64,000 nt of DNA from Camelus dromedarius (Eukaryota). This document shows positions 50,780 to 62,520 of the stretch, in pieces; positions within the stretch are counted from its first letter, which is position 1; each line of letters starts with the position of its first letter. The translations under genes and the position numbers were made by a program. The DNA lies in assembly GCF_036321535.1 (NCBI RefSeq), contig NC_087450.1, positions 52,762,001-52,826,000 of the forward strand. Reading direction: 5' to 3'. The notes below the pieces were generated by a model that was not told the DNA's origin, ran no database searches, and was given only the letters and a program-made list of their open reading frames with translations.

Positions 50780-52300
50780 TTCATTTATTCATTCATTGTT
50801 CACCCACAGGTACTGACCGAGTGCCTGCTGTGTGTCAGGCAGTGTGCTGGGAGCTGTGGACTCTATGTTACATGAGTCATGGCACTTGCCTGCACAGAGA
50901 TTGAGGGCAAAATAGTGATGATATGATAAGATAATGGACATGAAGTTGCTTTTAAGATGGAAAAGTCTGCTAGGAGTTTAGGTATTATGTCTCAGAGTAG
51001 GACATTAGTTGTGATACCATTAAAATATGGTTTCATGGCAAATGAAATTTTGGTTTAAATAACTGATGGGAATCGGTCTGGGGAAAACAGACAGCTCTGT
51101 GGGACTGTGGGAGACAGAGACACGGTAGGACCATTGATCTGCCTTCTCAGGGAAGCATTGTGGGAGGTGGAGAGAGTCCTGAGTTGCAACACACTTTTGG
51201 AAGGCTGTGGAGTATGAGGAGTGAAGACGGTGTAAACCGAAGACTGTACACTGTGAGATGTGATCCAATCTCTCAATCATCCAGATTTTCCCGAATGTTA
51301 CCAAACTCATGAAGTACTGAGTATGATTAGACTTCTTACAGAGGACTATGAAAGGACTGTGCTTTGAGTCTAGGTTTTATACGTGACAGAATTAGCACTC
51401 TCTGAAGTGAAGGCAGAGAGGAGTATGTAAGAGGAAGTAAGACATGGAAACTTGGGGAGGACTTTGAATTGACACAGGTCTGGAACTGGTATTTGGACTT
51501 TATTTAACCAGATCTTTGTATCAGTCCACTTTTGCTGAATAATTTGTGCAAGCAATCTAGCCTATATTTCACGTTATGTGTGGGTCCACTTCAGCTCTGT
51601 ACCACAGAGTTTCATTTGTCATCCAAGTGAAGGAGCAGCCCATGTCTGGGATATGCTGTTCTCATGGCAAAAGAAAAACAATAGCATCAGAATTATATCA
51701 TGGCTCTTATAGCTGCTGCAAGGAAATATTACTTCTACTTTCATTGGTCAAATGAATCACATAGCCAGGCCCGACGTCAGTGTAGCAGAAAGACTGATCT
51801 TTTTAACAGAAAGGGGAAATGAATACTTTAGAACTATAATGAAGATTCCAAAATATCTAGGGGCAGGGAGACACCAGCCAACATCAAGATTACATGAATG
51901 CATGAACAAGGTAGTTCATGGAAAGCTGTGATTTATTCAGCCCTCAAACTGGAAAAGATGGTGGAGTGGTGAGGTGATAGAAAATGGAGTAGCAATAAAA
52001 GATGCAGATGGAAAAACAAAGGTTGGAACCAAGTTTTTAATAAGTTTTGAGTACCACGGGGAGAAATGTGCACTTTATTTTTAGGCAAGTAGTTATTTAT
52101 TTTTATGCAGATCACTAATAATTGTAGCACTGTATTCTGGTGGCAGCGTGAAGGATGAATGACAGAGACGAGATATGTAGGTAGAAAAATCAGTTGTATA
52201 TGGATAGAGAAGTTCAAGAGAGTGACAACAGTGATAGGGCAATGTAAGCGGGAAAGAAAGGAATAAGCAGAAGTTTCAGGGATATATTTGGCAGGACATA
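50780..52300 (-). mobile_element. L2 remnant interrupted by MLT1
   Basis: tcatttattcattcatt...gtactgaccgagtgcctgctgtgtgtcaggcagtgtgctgggagctg (L2 3' end, antisense), with further L2-like purine-rich segments to ~52300. Confidence 0.65.
51505..51852 (-). mobile_element. Old MLT1 (J/K-type) LTR
   Basis: tgtatcagtc...gaaggagcagcccatgtctgggatatgctgttctcatggca...tcattggtcaaatgaatcacatagccaggcccgacgtcagtg. Confidence 0.7.
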
Positions 52301-55300
52301 GCCTCAGGTTTGTTGTCATTGAGCGGGGAAAAATTTTCCTATTGCAAAATCCTATTAACATAAGATTTACAAAGGATACTAATAAAGTAAATGATATGGT
52401 AGCTGGGTTTACGTAGCTTCCTTAGAAGCAAAAGCCTCCTTAAAAGCATATTAATGGTCTCATTCAGTAATGGCGATCTTGACGAGCAAGGTAGACTTAT
52501 AGGAAGGGTAGAGACTCTTCCCCAGAACATAGGGTTATGCTGTTTTATTGTCTTATACAGACCTCATGGGAGAACATATAGACTCACCCATATCTGAACA
52601 TTCTGCATTGACCAGTGGCCCCCTCATTTCTCAATTAGGAGAGGAAAAGCTTCCATCCTTACTGTCAGCGTGACTCATATCAATCTTCATGTGTCTTGGT
52701 TGTGGTCAAATATTCTTTCTCACTTCCCCTGCTCTAGAACAAGCATTGCTCGTATTCCTTCATACTAACTCTCCTTCACATTCATTGGGCTAGGACCTGA
52801 CTTTCTATTTGCCAAGAATCCATAGATTTTACAATTATCATAAATACTGCTTGTTTAAACATTGTTTATATCTAAGCACCTAAGTTAAAAAATGTTTCTC
52901 TGATATCCCTACAGCTAGAGGAACTCCTAGGAGTTTCTTGTTGAGATCAGGGAGATTCCTCTGTCCTTACTGAGTTCTCTTCTGCACACAGAGTCCCCTC
53001 ACCTCATCCGTTTCTATTTTACACACTGAATTACAGTCTTGTTGCAGTAATTATAATACAAATAGTATTTTAATCACACAGCACTTTTATTCATCAATTA
53101 AATCAGATCCCTTAAGGCTTTTTATTACCCAATAGTTCATTTTTCTAATTTCAGTTGAGTTGTGTTATCTCCTCCTGGAATATCTTTGCAGGCATCTTGT
53201 TCTCTGTCTGTTTCTTGTATGTTGGTATTTCTCAAGATACTTAGTACCCTCCCCATCCATTGTTTGCTCTAGTTCATCACCTACTTATATTTGTTGAGAA
53301 AAACTGGAATTTTCTCTCCAATTCTCATCAGAATACAAATAGACTTGCTCTTTCATTTTATTTGATGAACAAAGAAACTAGTTTTGGTTTCTAGCACCTA
53401 GGGAAATGGGAAGATTTTTGTGAGGTAAAGAAGCAACTGCGTCTTGTCATGTACTATCATAGTCCTGTCTTCTGCTTGATGTATCATTTCTTCTCCCTGC
53501 TTTTTCCAAGCTTAGTTGGAAATTCTTATGCTCATTTATGACATAGTCCCTGAGGGCTAAAATCTGTGCATGTATGTGTGTGTTGCCTGTCTCTTTGTTT
53601 TTTGGTGCTGCCTGTGGCTCACCCAGCAGAAATATCACTACCTACACTCCACTGACTGGTATTTGGATGAGTGACTCCAGTTCCAGAGCTTGACAGCCCC
53701 CCCAATTCAGCAGATACAAAAAACTGAATTTTGCAGAATATTTGACTTTCCAAGTTCGAAAACTCAGACTTACATGCTTCTTGGCTAACAGAGAGCCAAG
53801 GTTGATTTTTTTAGGGACTTTATTCCAGAAATGTTGCCTGAGATAGCTAAAAATGAGTCCAAGGAGCCATTTACAGCTGAACTAACAGTTAGATATAATT
53901 TGGGAACATCTTTCCTGAAACAATATTTGATTATTATTATATGTACTGAACATTGTTATATGTGTACATATTGTTATATGTTTAACAAACGTGTTCGTAC
54001 ATATAACACATCGTTCTTTTTAAACAAGGTTAGGATTTGGTGCAGTCACAAGGGATTGTTAACTCATATAATCTGAAAGGAAAGCAAAATAATACTACTT
54101 GAGAGCTAATCTTCATTCCCAGCAATGGTGACTTCTTCGTCTCCAGCATTTATATGCCTATCGGACTCCATATATATTATCAGACCACTGCTGAACTTTT
54201 TCTTTGAATTCTCATAGAACATTCAGACTCAACACATCTAAGTTAATTCATCATATTTTCTCCCAGTTCTCATTCTATGTTACACATCTGAGTGAACGCT
54301 ACCACCATTCACTGTCTCTTAAGTCAGGAACATGGGTGTAATCATTAATGCCTTCTTCTTTCTCACTTCTTCACATTTTCCAAGCTCAATCCATATTTTC
54401 TCCAAACTTTTGAATTCATATTCTTTTCACCTACTGGTGGAACCTCAGGGAAGTTCATCTGAATTTGCCCCTATTAATTTAATACTTGACAGTCTGTTTT
54501 TAATTTACAATTATGTTCAATTTTGCAATATTTTATATTGAATATGCTGGTCCTTTCTCCCCAAATAGATAAAACATTTTTTCAAAAGTAATATTATATT
54601 CCATACCTTCTGGTATCCCCTCTAGTTAATTTTGGTGCTAGGGCTATAAATAAATAGACTAGGAGTTGAAGTTCCTTTTAAGGGGTTTGTGGCATTTTTC
54701 TTCTTCATACATCACCCCGTGTCCTGACTCTCTAGGCTGAAATTAGCCCTTTGGTTAATTGCACTTGTGTAACGCTAAAGCAGTCTACTGTAGTACTGCC
54801 ATGCTTTAAGGGCCGGAAAAAACTTCAAGTAAGATCAGAAGCAGCCAAGCTTAACTTCCACTGAGGCTGCTGCCACTCCTATGAGTATAATGTCTCTCTA
54901 TTCATCAAAAGACATTTTTTTATCCCTACTTAATGTACTTACCATATAGTTTTATTAGAATGAATAGCTCTCTCCTTGTAAATGGTTTGGTTGGAAATTC
55001 AATTTCTTTCAGGGCCAGTGGGAGAGGTTGAAGGGCTATAAATATTCCTCCTCTAAACTGTTTATAAGTAAAATGGCATTGCTGCAAAGGCTCGACAAAT
55101 GTCCTGCTGTAGCCTAAATTATGTTCAAATTCATGCAATTTTCTTTCTTTCTTTGATGAAAATAGATTGCATCGTGTCTCTCAGCCATGAGTTATGTGCC
55201 TTCATGGTAGCAACGTCTATAAGAAAGGATAGGTCACCAGGGAATCGACTCTCTTAGTCTTTCTCCTAAAGTTGGGAAACAGAACTTTCTGCTTCCTTCA

Positions 55301-57597
55301 TTGTTTTTTCTAGTGCTGGAATGAGGGGAAATGTGCCTCTGATTTGTGTGACTTCCGGTAAGGCTCGTCACCACCATGTTAGTCTTATTTTTCTTGTGTT
55401 AAAGGAAAACATTCTCTTCCATGCATTCTTCACATGATTGATGTAGATGCAGATTTCACCCTATTTTCAAAATTAACACTTAATCTATTCCATTAGATAA
55501 CAGTTTCATGGAATTTTTCTAGATGGCATACATGCAGAGAACACAAAGAGGTTATATAATGCTCTTGCATATGCATTATCTTGTGTGATTTTTCTTCTCA
55601 GAATGACTGGAGAAAAATAGGCAAATTCTTGTTTTCTTCATTTGAAACGTGAGGTGCAGTAAGGAAGAGATGAAAACTGCAAGGTACTGAGTATTTACCA
55701 TAAACCAGCCATTATGAGGTGCTAATTGCATACACTGGATAGTCACAAGCTAATTCCATCACATCCACTCTTGGCTGGGTTTAATTCTACTCAAGGGAGG
55801 CTTTCTCCTTATATTTCTATCATCCCCAGAAGTGTCCAAGATTTGGACACTTAATTTGATCGGGTGTCATCAGGAGGTAGATTGACCTTACATAAGAGCT
55901 GATTAATGTGGGTGGCAGCAACTCTGAAAAGCACATTTTCATCCCAAATACCCATAAGTAATAGTCTGACTCAGGGAGAGATTAGTGGTGTTCTTTTGCT
56001 GGCAGCAAGAGGGAGAACTAGGTGTTACATCAATATAAAATAGGATGGTAAAGTGGGACTCTTATTTCATTTTGGGCTATAAGTGTCCCACAGACTGAGA
56101 GTAATCAAAGCAAAGATGATAGATCCCTTGGCCCATGAAATGCCTCACATCTGAGTCTTCAATTTTGAGATCTTAATATCTACTGAAAGGTAAATTCAAG
56201 TATTAAAATCTACCTCTTAAGCCTGGAAAAGTTGAAAAGGGAGACTTTTTTTGATGAGAAGGCTTTTTTGGGGGGAGAAAGTTGTTGATACACAGTGTAT
56301 GTCTGTCACCCACTGCCTTACCCATACAGGAGGGAAGAGCATGAGAAACACTCAGAATAAGTGACCTATGTCCTTAGAGTTTTAAGGTGAAGTTACCAAG
56401 GCAAAGCTTGTGCCCCAAAATTTGTCTCTAGAGGAAAGTTTGGCAGAAGCAACTACATCAAAGGATGAAATGCAGAGAGCTAAGTGGAATGAACTGTGTA
56501 TTTTCCCAGGAGGGAGCTGGTCTGGGCCATCTTAGGTCCTTCCAGGAGAACTGCCCCATGGAGCAAATAATTCCTAAAGAGAGAGAGGACCAGCAGCTGT
56601 CCAGAGACTAAGGGAGGAATTAGAACTAAGCAGTGAGCCTGGAGACAGTGTATGCATGAAGGGAGCTGCAGTTGGAAGTTTCCTGTAGGTGCAACTATGA
56701 GAAACTCATAAATGTTCTTCACGTTTCCTTAAGAGAGAGAACTAGCTTCAAACATCCAACACATCACTGCTGCCCAGGGAGGCTGTGCCCACCCCCCTTG
56801 TAATATTATTTATTTATCTAATATCTAATATTATTTCTCTTGTTCTCTACTCTGGAGAGTTTGAAATTACTGCCAGCCAGGATGGGGAGGTGCCGGAGAG
56901 CTGGAAGCAAGCACATTCAGGCCCTTTTCCCTCTACTGCAGGGGTGGGAAGAAGCTTTATGTTGGGTAAGAGGAGGGAGGCAGATAATTCTGACACTGGA
57001 ATGAGTATTTCACTTTCTAAGTCAAGACTCTTGTGTGGAAAATGCCTGGAGGAATGTTAATTATCTGATAGTGATCTGACAAAAAATATGGGACTTCCTC
57101 AAAATGTCACCAGCACATTTGCACAGGCTGGGTTTGAGCAAACAAATGAGGAAAAAAAGGAGAGCTATTTTCTGCCAGCTCTCCTTTTCCCAAAGGATCT
57201 ATTTGAGCCTCTGTATCCTCTTTAGTTCCTGTGGTTCTTCTCTTTCTACTCCTGTCTGCAGACTAGAATAATTTACCAGACTCGGAAACTAAATATTTGC
57301 ATTGCAAGTACCATATATGAAAAAATATAAGGTGATCTTCTATCCATTTTTTTCTCCTGAGATGATTAAAACTCTTAATATGGTTTTCTCATTTTTATGT
57401 CCAAAAAGAGGTACTAGGGTTCAGGAACTTCTCCTAGTGATGAAAGCGATGACTAACTTAGTTTACCCGTGTGGACATTTTACAACCCAAGATCAATGGC
57501 AATTTAGCCCACTGTGAAGACAAAGGCATTGCTTTTCAGAAGTAAATTCAAAGATCCTCTGTGTTAGAGAGGAATTTGGAGGTCTCTGATGCTTTCA

Positions 57598-58155
57598 ATT
57601 TTTTAAATCAACTTTATCGAAAAATATTTTTCCAGTTTTATTGAGATATAATTACATATTTTATAGTAGTTTTAGGTTCACAAAATAATGATTTGATTTA
57701 TGTATATACTGTGAAATGACTACTGCAGTAAGTTTAGTCAATATTCATCACTTCACATAGTTACAAATATCTTTTCTTGTGTTGAGAACTTTTCTTTAAT
57801 TGAAGTATATTTGATTTACAATGTTGTGTTAGTTTCTGGTGTACAGGAAAGTGATTCAATTATGTGTATATATATATATTCTTTTTCATACTCTTTTTTG
57901 GGGTTGAGAACTTTTAAGTTCTACTCTCTGAGCAGCTTTCTAATATAGGATACAATATTGTTCAGGTTAGCTACTAGGCTGTATGTTACATCCTTAGAAC
58001 TTATTTACCTTAAAACTTGAAGTTTGTACCTTTGGACCACCTTCACCCATTTTACCAAACCCCTACTCTTCACCTCTGGCAAGTCTGTTCTCTGTATCTA
58101 TGAGTATAGGTTAAAAAAAAAAAAAGATTTGACACAGTATTTGTCTTTCTCTGTC
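57598..58155 (-). mobile_element. L1MA-type 3' UTR fragment
   Basis: ccagttttattgagatataatt...gtatatactgtgaaatg..gtaagtttagtcaatattcatcac...gagaacttttaagttctactctctgagcagctttc...cttagaacttattt. Confidence 0.85.
57794..57902 (-). mobile_element. Short younger L1 3' end nested in the L1MA, with 13-bp TSD
   Basis: aattgaagtatatttgatttacaatgttgtgttagtttctggtgtacag; flanked by gttgagaactttt at 57781-57793 and 57903-57915. Confidence 0.88.
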
Positions 58156-59170
58156 TCCTTTCACTTTGAGTAAGGATTCTCTTTACAGCATCTTTGAGAA
58201 CAGTCATCTGGGCTATGCCTGTTCATTCACACTGAGGAAGTCTCACTGCCTCCCTTGAGGCTTCCCATTTACTTGAAAATAAAGCACCTAGATTTGGTGA
58301 CTCTGAAACTGCTGTAACAAGGAAGAGTCCTGATGTATGAGTCTGTCTCCCTCAGTGATCAAGTTGCTATTAGGCTATGTGTCTACTTATTTCATTAATC
58401 TTTCCTTTAGGTTTTGGTAAATTTGGTAAGTTTTGAAATACAGAAGGAGCTTACAGATTTCCGGAGGGAAGGAAGACACACTCTGGAAGAACTAATGGAC
58501 ATTTGTCCAGAAAATGTTACCAAGCACTTTTTATGTGCCGTGCACTTTGTTGGGTGCCAAGGATATGGTGCCCCTGACATGCTCACAGTCACTGATGTGA
58601 AAAGAGCTAAGTGAAACAGAGGGTTGTAGGTTTTATGAGACACTGCTTCCACCATGTTAGCCTGGACCCAGTGTGAGTGGCTCTGAATTTTGGTGGAAAG
58701 TATTTTTCGTGTATTACTGAAAGTTTAAGTGCAAAAAATGACTAAATAGATTTGCTACTCATTTAATTTCTCTTCTAATGCAATTCCTGTATGATAAGAA
58801 AACCTGATAAAACAGTCTGGCCTATAATTTTGAGTCATAATTCTATTCGTCTGGATCAGAGGCCTATAGAGGAGGAATGTGTAATCTCTAATGTAAAATC
58901 AATGTAGAACATAGCTAATCAGTATTTCTAAGTGTCAAAACAGGTAAAATCTTTGGTTAATTACATGAAAGAATAATAACAGTAATATATCACCCTGTTA
59001 CTTTAACTAGAGAGACTAAAATAACTGTGGCTCTGATTTTCACAGCAGGCAGGATATAGAGATGTTTTAGACTGTTTAGTTATGTGAATGTACAGATTGA
59101 ACAGTAAAAATTCAATTTTGGTATTTGAGTAACATCAGCCTCATTAAATGAGTTGGGAAGTGTTCCCTTT

Positions 59171-59425
59171 TGTAGTGGATTGAATGGTGGCCCCCCCAAA
59201 AGATATGTCCATATCCTGATATCTAGAGACTGTGAATGTTATTTTATTTAGAAAAAGGGCATTTTCAGATGTACTTAATGTTAAGGATCTTGAAATGAGA
59301 TTATCCTGGTTAATCTGGGTAGGCTCCATTCCAATGACAAGTTCTCTTATACTAGGAAACAGAGAGAAGATGAAGAGGAAAAGGCAATATGAAGCCAGAG
59401 ATTACAGTGATATGGTCATAAACCA
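59171..59425 (+). mobile_element. MLT1C/D-type LTR, 5' part
   Basis: tgtagtggattgaatggtggcccccccaaaagatatgtcc...gttaaggatcttgaaatgagattatcctgg. Confidence 0.85.
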
Positions 59426-60951
59426 AACGGGCAGTTCTATTTACAAAATACTGCTGAAGTTTAGCTTTGATTGACTTAAGTTACATCTTCTTGGGTCACG
59501 TTTATCTTGACATTGATTGACTTGGTTCTATGTCATAGTCATCTTTTCCTGCCTTTGTCTTTCTTCCTGGTCTATGAAAGATGATCACTTCTTAGCGTTA
59601 GGGCTAATGTGTTTTAAAAGAAGGGCTAGTAGCAATCTATCTTTGTCTATAATTGCTTGAAGTTCAGTCTAAAGGTGTAGGCTTTCTAATCCAGTTCCCC
59701 CAAGTTCCAAGACTACATTTCTGTTACTCTTGAGATTGTCATGTGTGTTCTTTACTCACTACTGGAACAAACTTTACAACACAGAATCCCAGCAGTGATG
59801 TCTCCTTTCAAGTCCCTCCCAAATGTATTCTGCTTTACAGATAGTCTGTGACAGGTTAGAAGGCAAAGCATATCCCCCAGGTTGATGAGGTTTTTTTCCT
59901 GTTTTCGTGTTTCTCACTACATATGCTCCATTATTCATTTATTCACTTACTCATTTAAAAACCATTCATTAAACTCTGTGATATTTTGTATGGTATTATT
60001 CTAGCAGCTGGAAATAAAGATATGAATAATGTAGTCCCTGATTTCAAGCCAAGGAGGAGAGGGTATAAATACTTAATTGCTGAACATTGTGAAAAATACT
60101 ATTAAGCTTGTAAATATAGTCGTCTATGGTAGCATTGAAAGGAGACACACTGCGCTCACACTCGGTCTTAGTCTTGCCAACTGAGCGATGGCTTTGCTAT
60201 CTGTGCTTTGTATCAACCAGTTGAATGCTCTCTGACCATTTTAGTCAAGTGCAGTGACATAGGTATGCATCTCATGTAAGTTTGAACAGAATGATAATAA
60301 TAACGATAATGAAAATGGTGTCTACTCAAAAAGTATGTGTAATGAATGAGTGAATTTTACAGATGAAAAATCTAAGGCTTAGAGAGTTAAATAGCTTGCA
60401 TAAGTTCATGCCTAGTAAGTGCCAAAGCTGAAATACATAACTGAGGTTGTCTATTTTCAGAGTATGAGCTCCCGATTACTCTATGTTTTGCATACTTAGT
60501 CGAGCCAGTATATAGAGAAAAACATATTCTGACAGTACTTACAACCCTAAATTGCTTTAAAACCTAGAACACTTTAATTACAATCAGGCAGAAACATTCA
60601 GTTTTCAGGTATTGTACGTGTCATATTATTGTAGAGAAAATTTGTACTTTTCATTGTGATACCTAATTAATGAAAAATCATAGAGGGAAATGTAAAATAT
60701 TTTAATAAAAATTCATTTTATTTATTTGGGAGAAAGTTTGAGATATGATGATGTAAGAAATAGAAGATAGTTTATTTAAAAAGTATGGGTGGTAGGGAGA
60801 AACAGCAGATCTGGGTTTTTGCTCTAAAAAGCTATCTTTCTGATGTGTTTTTTGGAGAGAGAGGAATACATAAAGTGATACCTGATGAAGAACCAGTCTT
60901 TGTTTTTAGCTCAAAATTAGACCAAAGATTTTTCTTCATGTCCTAGTTGGC

Positions 60952-61170
60952 NNNNNNNNNNNNNNNNNNNNNNNNNNNNNNNNNNNNNNNNNNNNNNNNN
61001 NNNNNNNNNNNNNNNNNNNNNNNNNNNNNNNNNNNNNNNNNNNNNNNNNNNNNNNNNNNNNNNNNNNNNNNNNNNNNNNNNNNNNNNNNNNNNNNNNNNN
61101 NNNNNNNNNNNNNNNNNNNNNNNNNNNNNNNNNNNNNNNNNNNNNNNNNNNNNNNNNNNNNNNNNNNNNN
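60952..61170. other. Assembly gap (219 N)
   Basis: Run of N. Confidence 1.
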
Positions 61171-61312
61171 ATGTGAGGTGATGGATGGGTTAATTAACTT
61201 GATTGTGATAATCATTTCACAGTATATGTATATCAAATCATGATGTTGTGCACTCTAAATATGTTATAATTGTAGTTGTCAATCATTCCTTAATAAAGCT
61301 GGAAAAATAAAA
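61171..61312 (+). mobile_element. L1MA-type extreme 3' end
   Basis: atgtgaggtgatgga..gttaattaacttgattgtgataatcatttcacagtatatgtatatcaaatcat...cttaataaagctggaaaaa. Confidence 0.85.
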
Positions 61313-61440
61313 ATTCAAAAAATGTAAAAACAAAAGATAGCCAAAAGACAGGAAACAAACAAAATGAACAAAAACTCTGGAAATCAGGGAGACACTGGGA
61401 ATTGTTATTAGAGGAAAAAATGATAATAGTAAAAACAAAG

Positions 61441-61958
61441 TGTGATGGTTAGTTTTATGCCAACTTGACTGGATCACAGAATGCTCAGATATCTGCTTAG
61501 ACGTTTTCAGTGGGTATGTCTATGAGGATGTTTCTGGGAGACATTAGCATTTGAATTGGTAGACTGAGTAAAGTAGATGGCCCTCTCCACCATGAGTGGA
61601 TTTCATCCAGATTGCTGAGGGCTGAAATAGACCAAAAAGACAGCAGGAGGTTGAATTTGCCCTCTACCTATTTATTTGAGCTGGAACATTGATTTCCTGT
61701 CCTCAGCACTCCTGATCCTCAGGCCTTCAGACTTGAACTGGGATCTGTGCCACCTGCTGTCTAGAGCTCAGGCCTTCCAACCGCACTATAGGCCTTTCTG
61801 GGCCTCCAGCTTGCAGACAGCTGATTGTAGCACTTCTCAGTCTCCATAACTGCATGAGCCAATACCAATACCTTATGATAAATTTTTTATGTCTATACCT
61901 GTATCTGTATCTTTCTATCCTATTGGTTCTGTTTCTCTGGAACACCCTGACTAATACA
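61441..61958 (+). mobile_element. MLT2 (ERVL) full-length solo LTR with perfect 5-bp TSD
   Basis: tgtgatggttagttttatg..caacttgactgg...tattggttctgtttctctggaacaccctgactaataca, flanked by CAAAG at 61436-61440 and 61959-61963. Confidence 0.95.
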
Positions 61959-62034
61959 CAAAGGCTATTTGCAAAGCTTTTCATTGTTCACAATGACTTT
62001 TTGTATGTACCATTTAATTCTCACATTGGCCCTG

Positions 62035-62520
62035 CATTAGTTTTCTAGTGCTACATAACTAATTAGACAAATTATTACAAACTTAGTGGCTTAAAACAAC
62101 ACTCATCATTTCTCTCATAGTTCTGTAGGTCACAAGTCCAACACAGAGTGGTTGGATTTTCTGTTCGGCATCTTACCATGATAAAATCAAGGTATTACCT
62201 GGTGCTGCAGATCTCATCTGGGGCTCAGGATCCTTTTCCACGCTCACTGGTTGTCGTGCTTTCCACCTGGCCCCTCTACAAGCCAGCGATGGCCAGTTGA
62301 ATCCTCCTCATGAATCAGATCGCTATGTCTTCCTCTTCTGCTTTTGAGGGCTCACGTCATTACACCTGGCCCACCTGAATGGTTCAGGGTAATTTGCCTA
62401 TTGTAAGGTCAACTAATTAGTAACTTTAGTTACAGCTACAAAGTCCCATTTGTCAGGTAATGCAGCATAACCATGGGAGTGACATCAAGGCACAGAGATC
62501 ATGGGGACCAAAATTCTGTG
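62035..62520 (-). mobile_element. MLT1E/F-type LTR
   Basis: caaacttagtggcttaaaacaac...ctcatagttctgtaggtcacaagtcc...ttgtaaggtcaactaattagtaactttagttaca..caaagtccc. Confidence 0.8.

Larger units (their letters stand above)
50612..52444. repeat. Two diverged ~133-bp direct repeats (50612-50744, 52311-52444), family unrecognised
   Basis: Hand alignment 105/134 identical with one indel; shared core TGGTAGCwGGGTTTACGTAGCTyCCTTAGA. Confidence 0.9.

Noticed and set aside
51933-52361. 142-aa minus-strand ORF
   Set aside because: Lies mostly in an L2 remnant; low-information Leu/Ile/His/Ser composition typical of a pyrimidine-rich strand.
58414-58614. 66-aa ORF (..IQKELTDFRREGRHTLEELMDICPE..)
   Set aside because: The 3' half is an antisense L2-type 3' end and no homologue is recognised; only the 15-nt microexon candidate at its start was kept.
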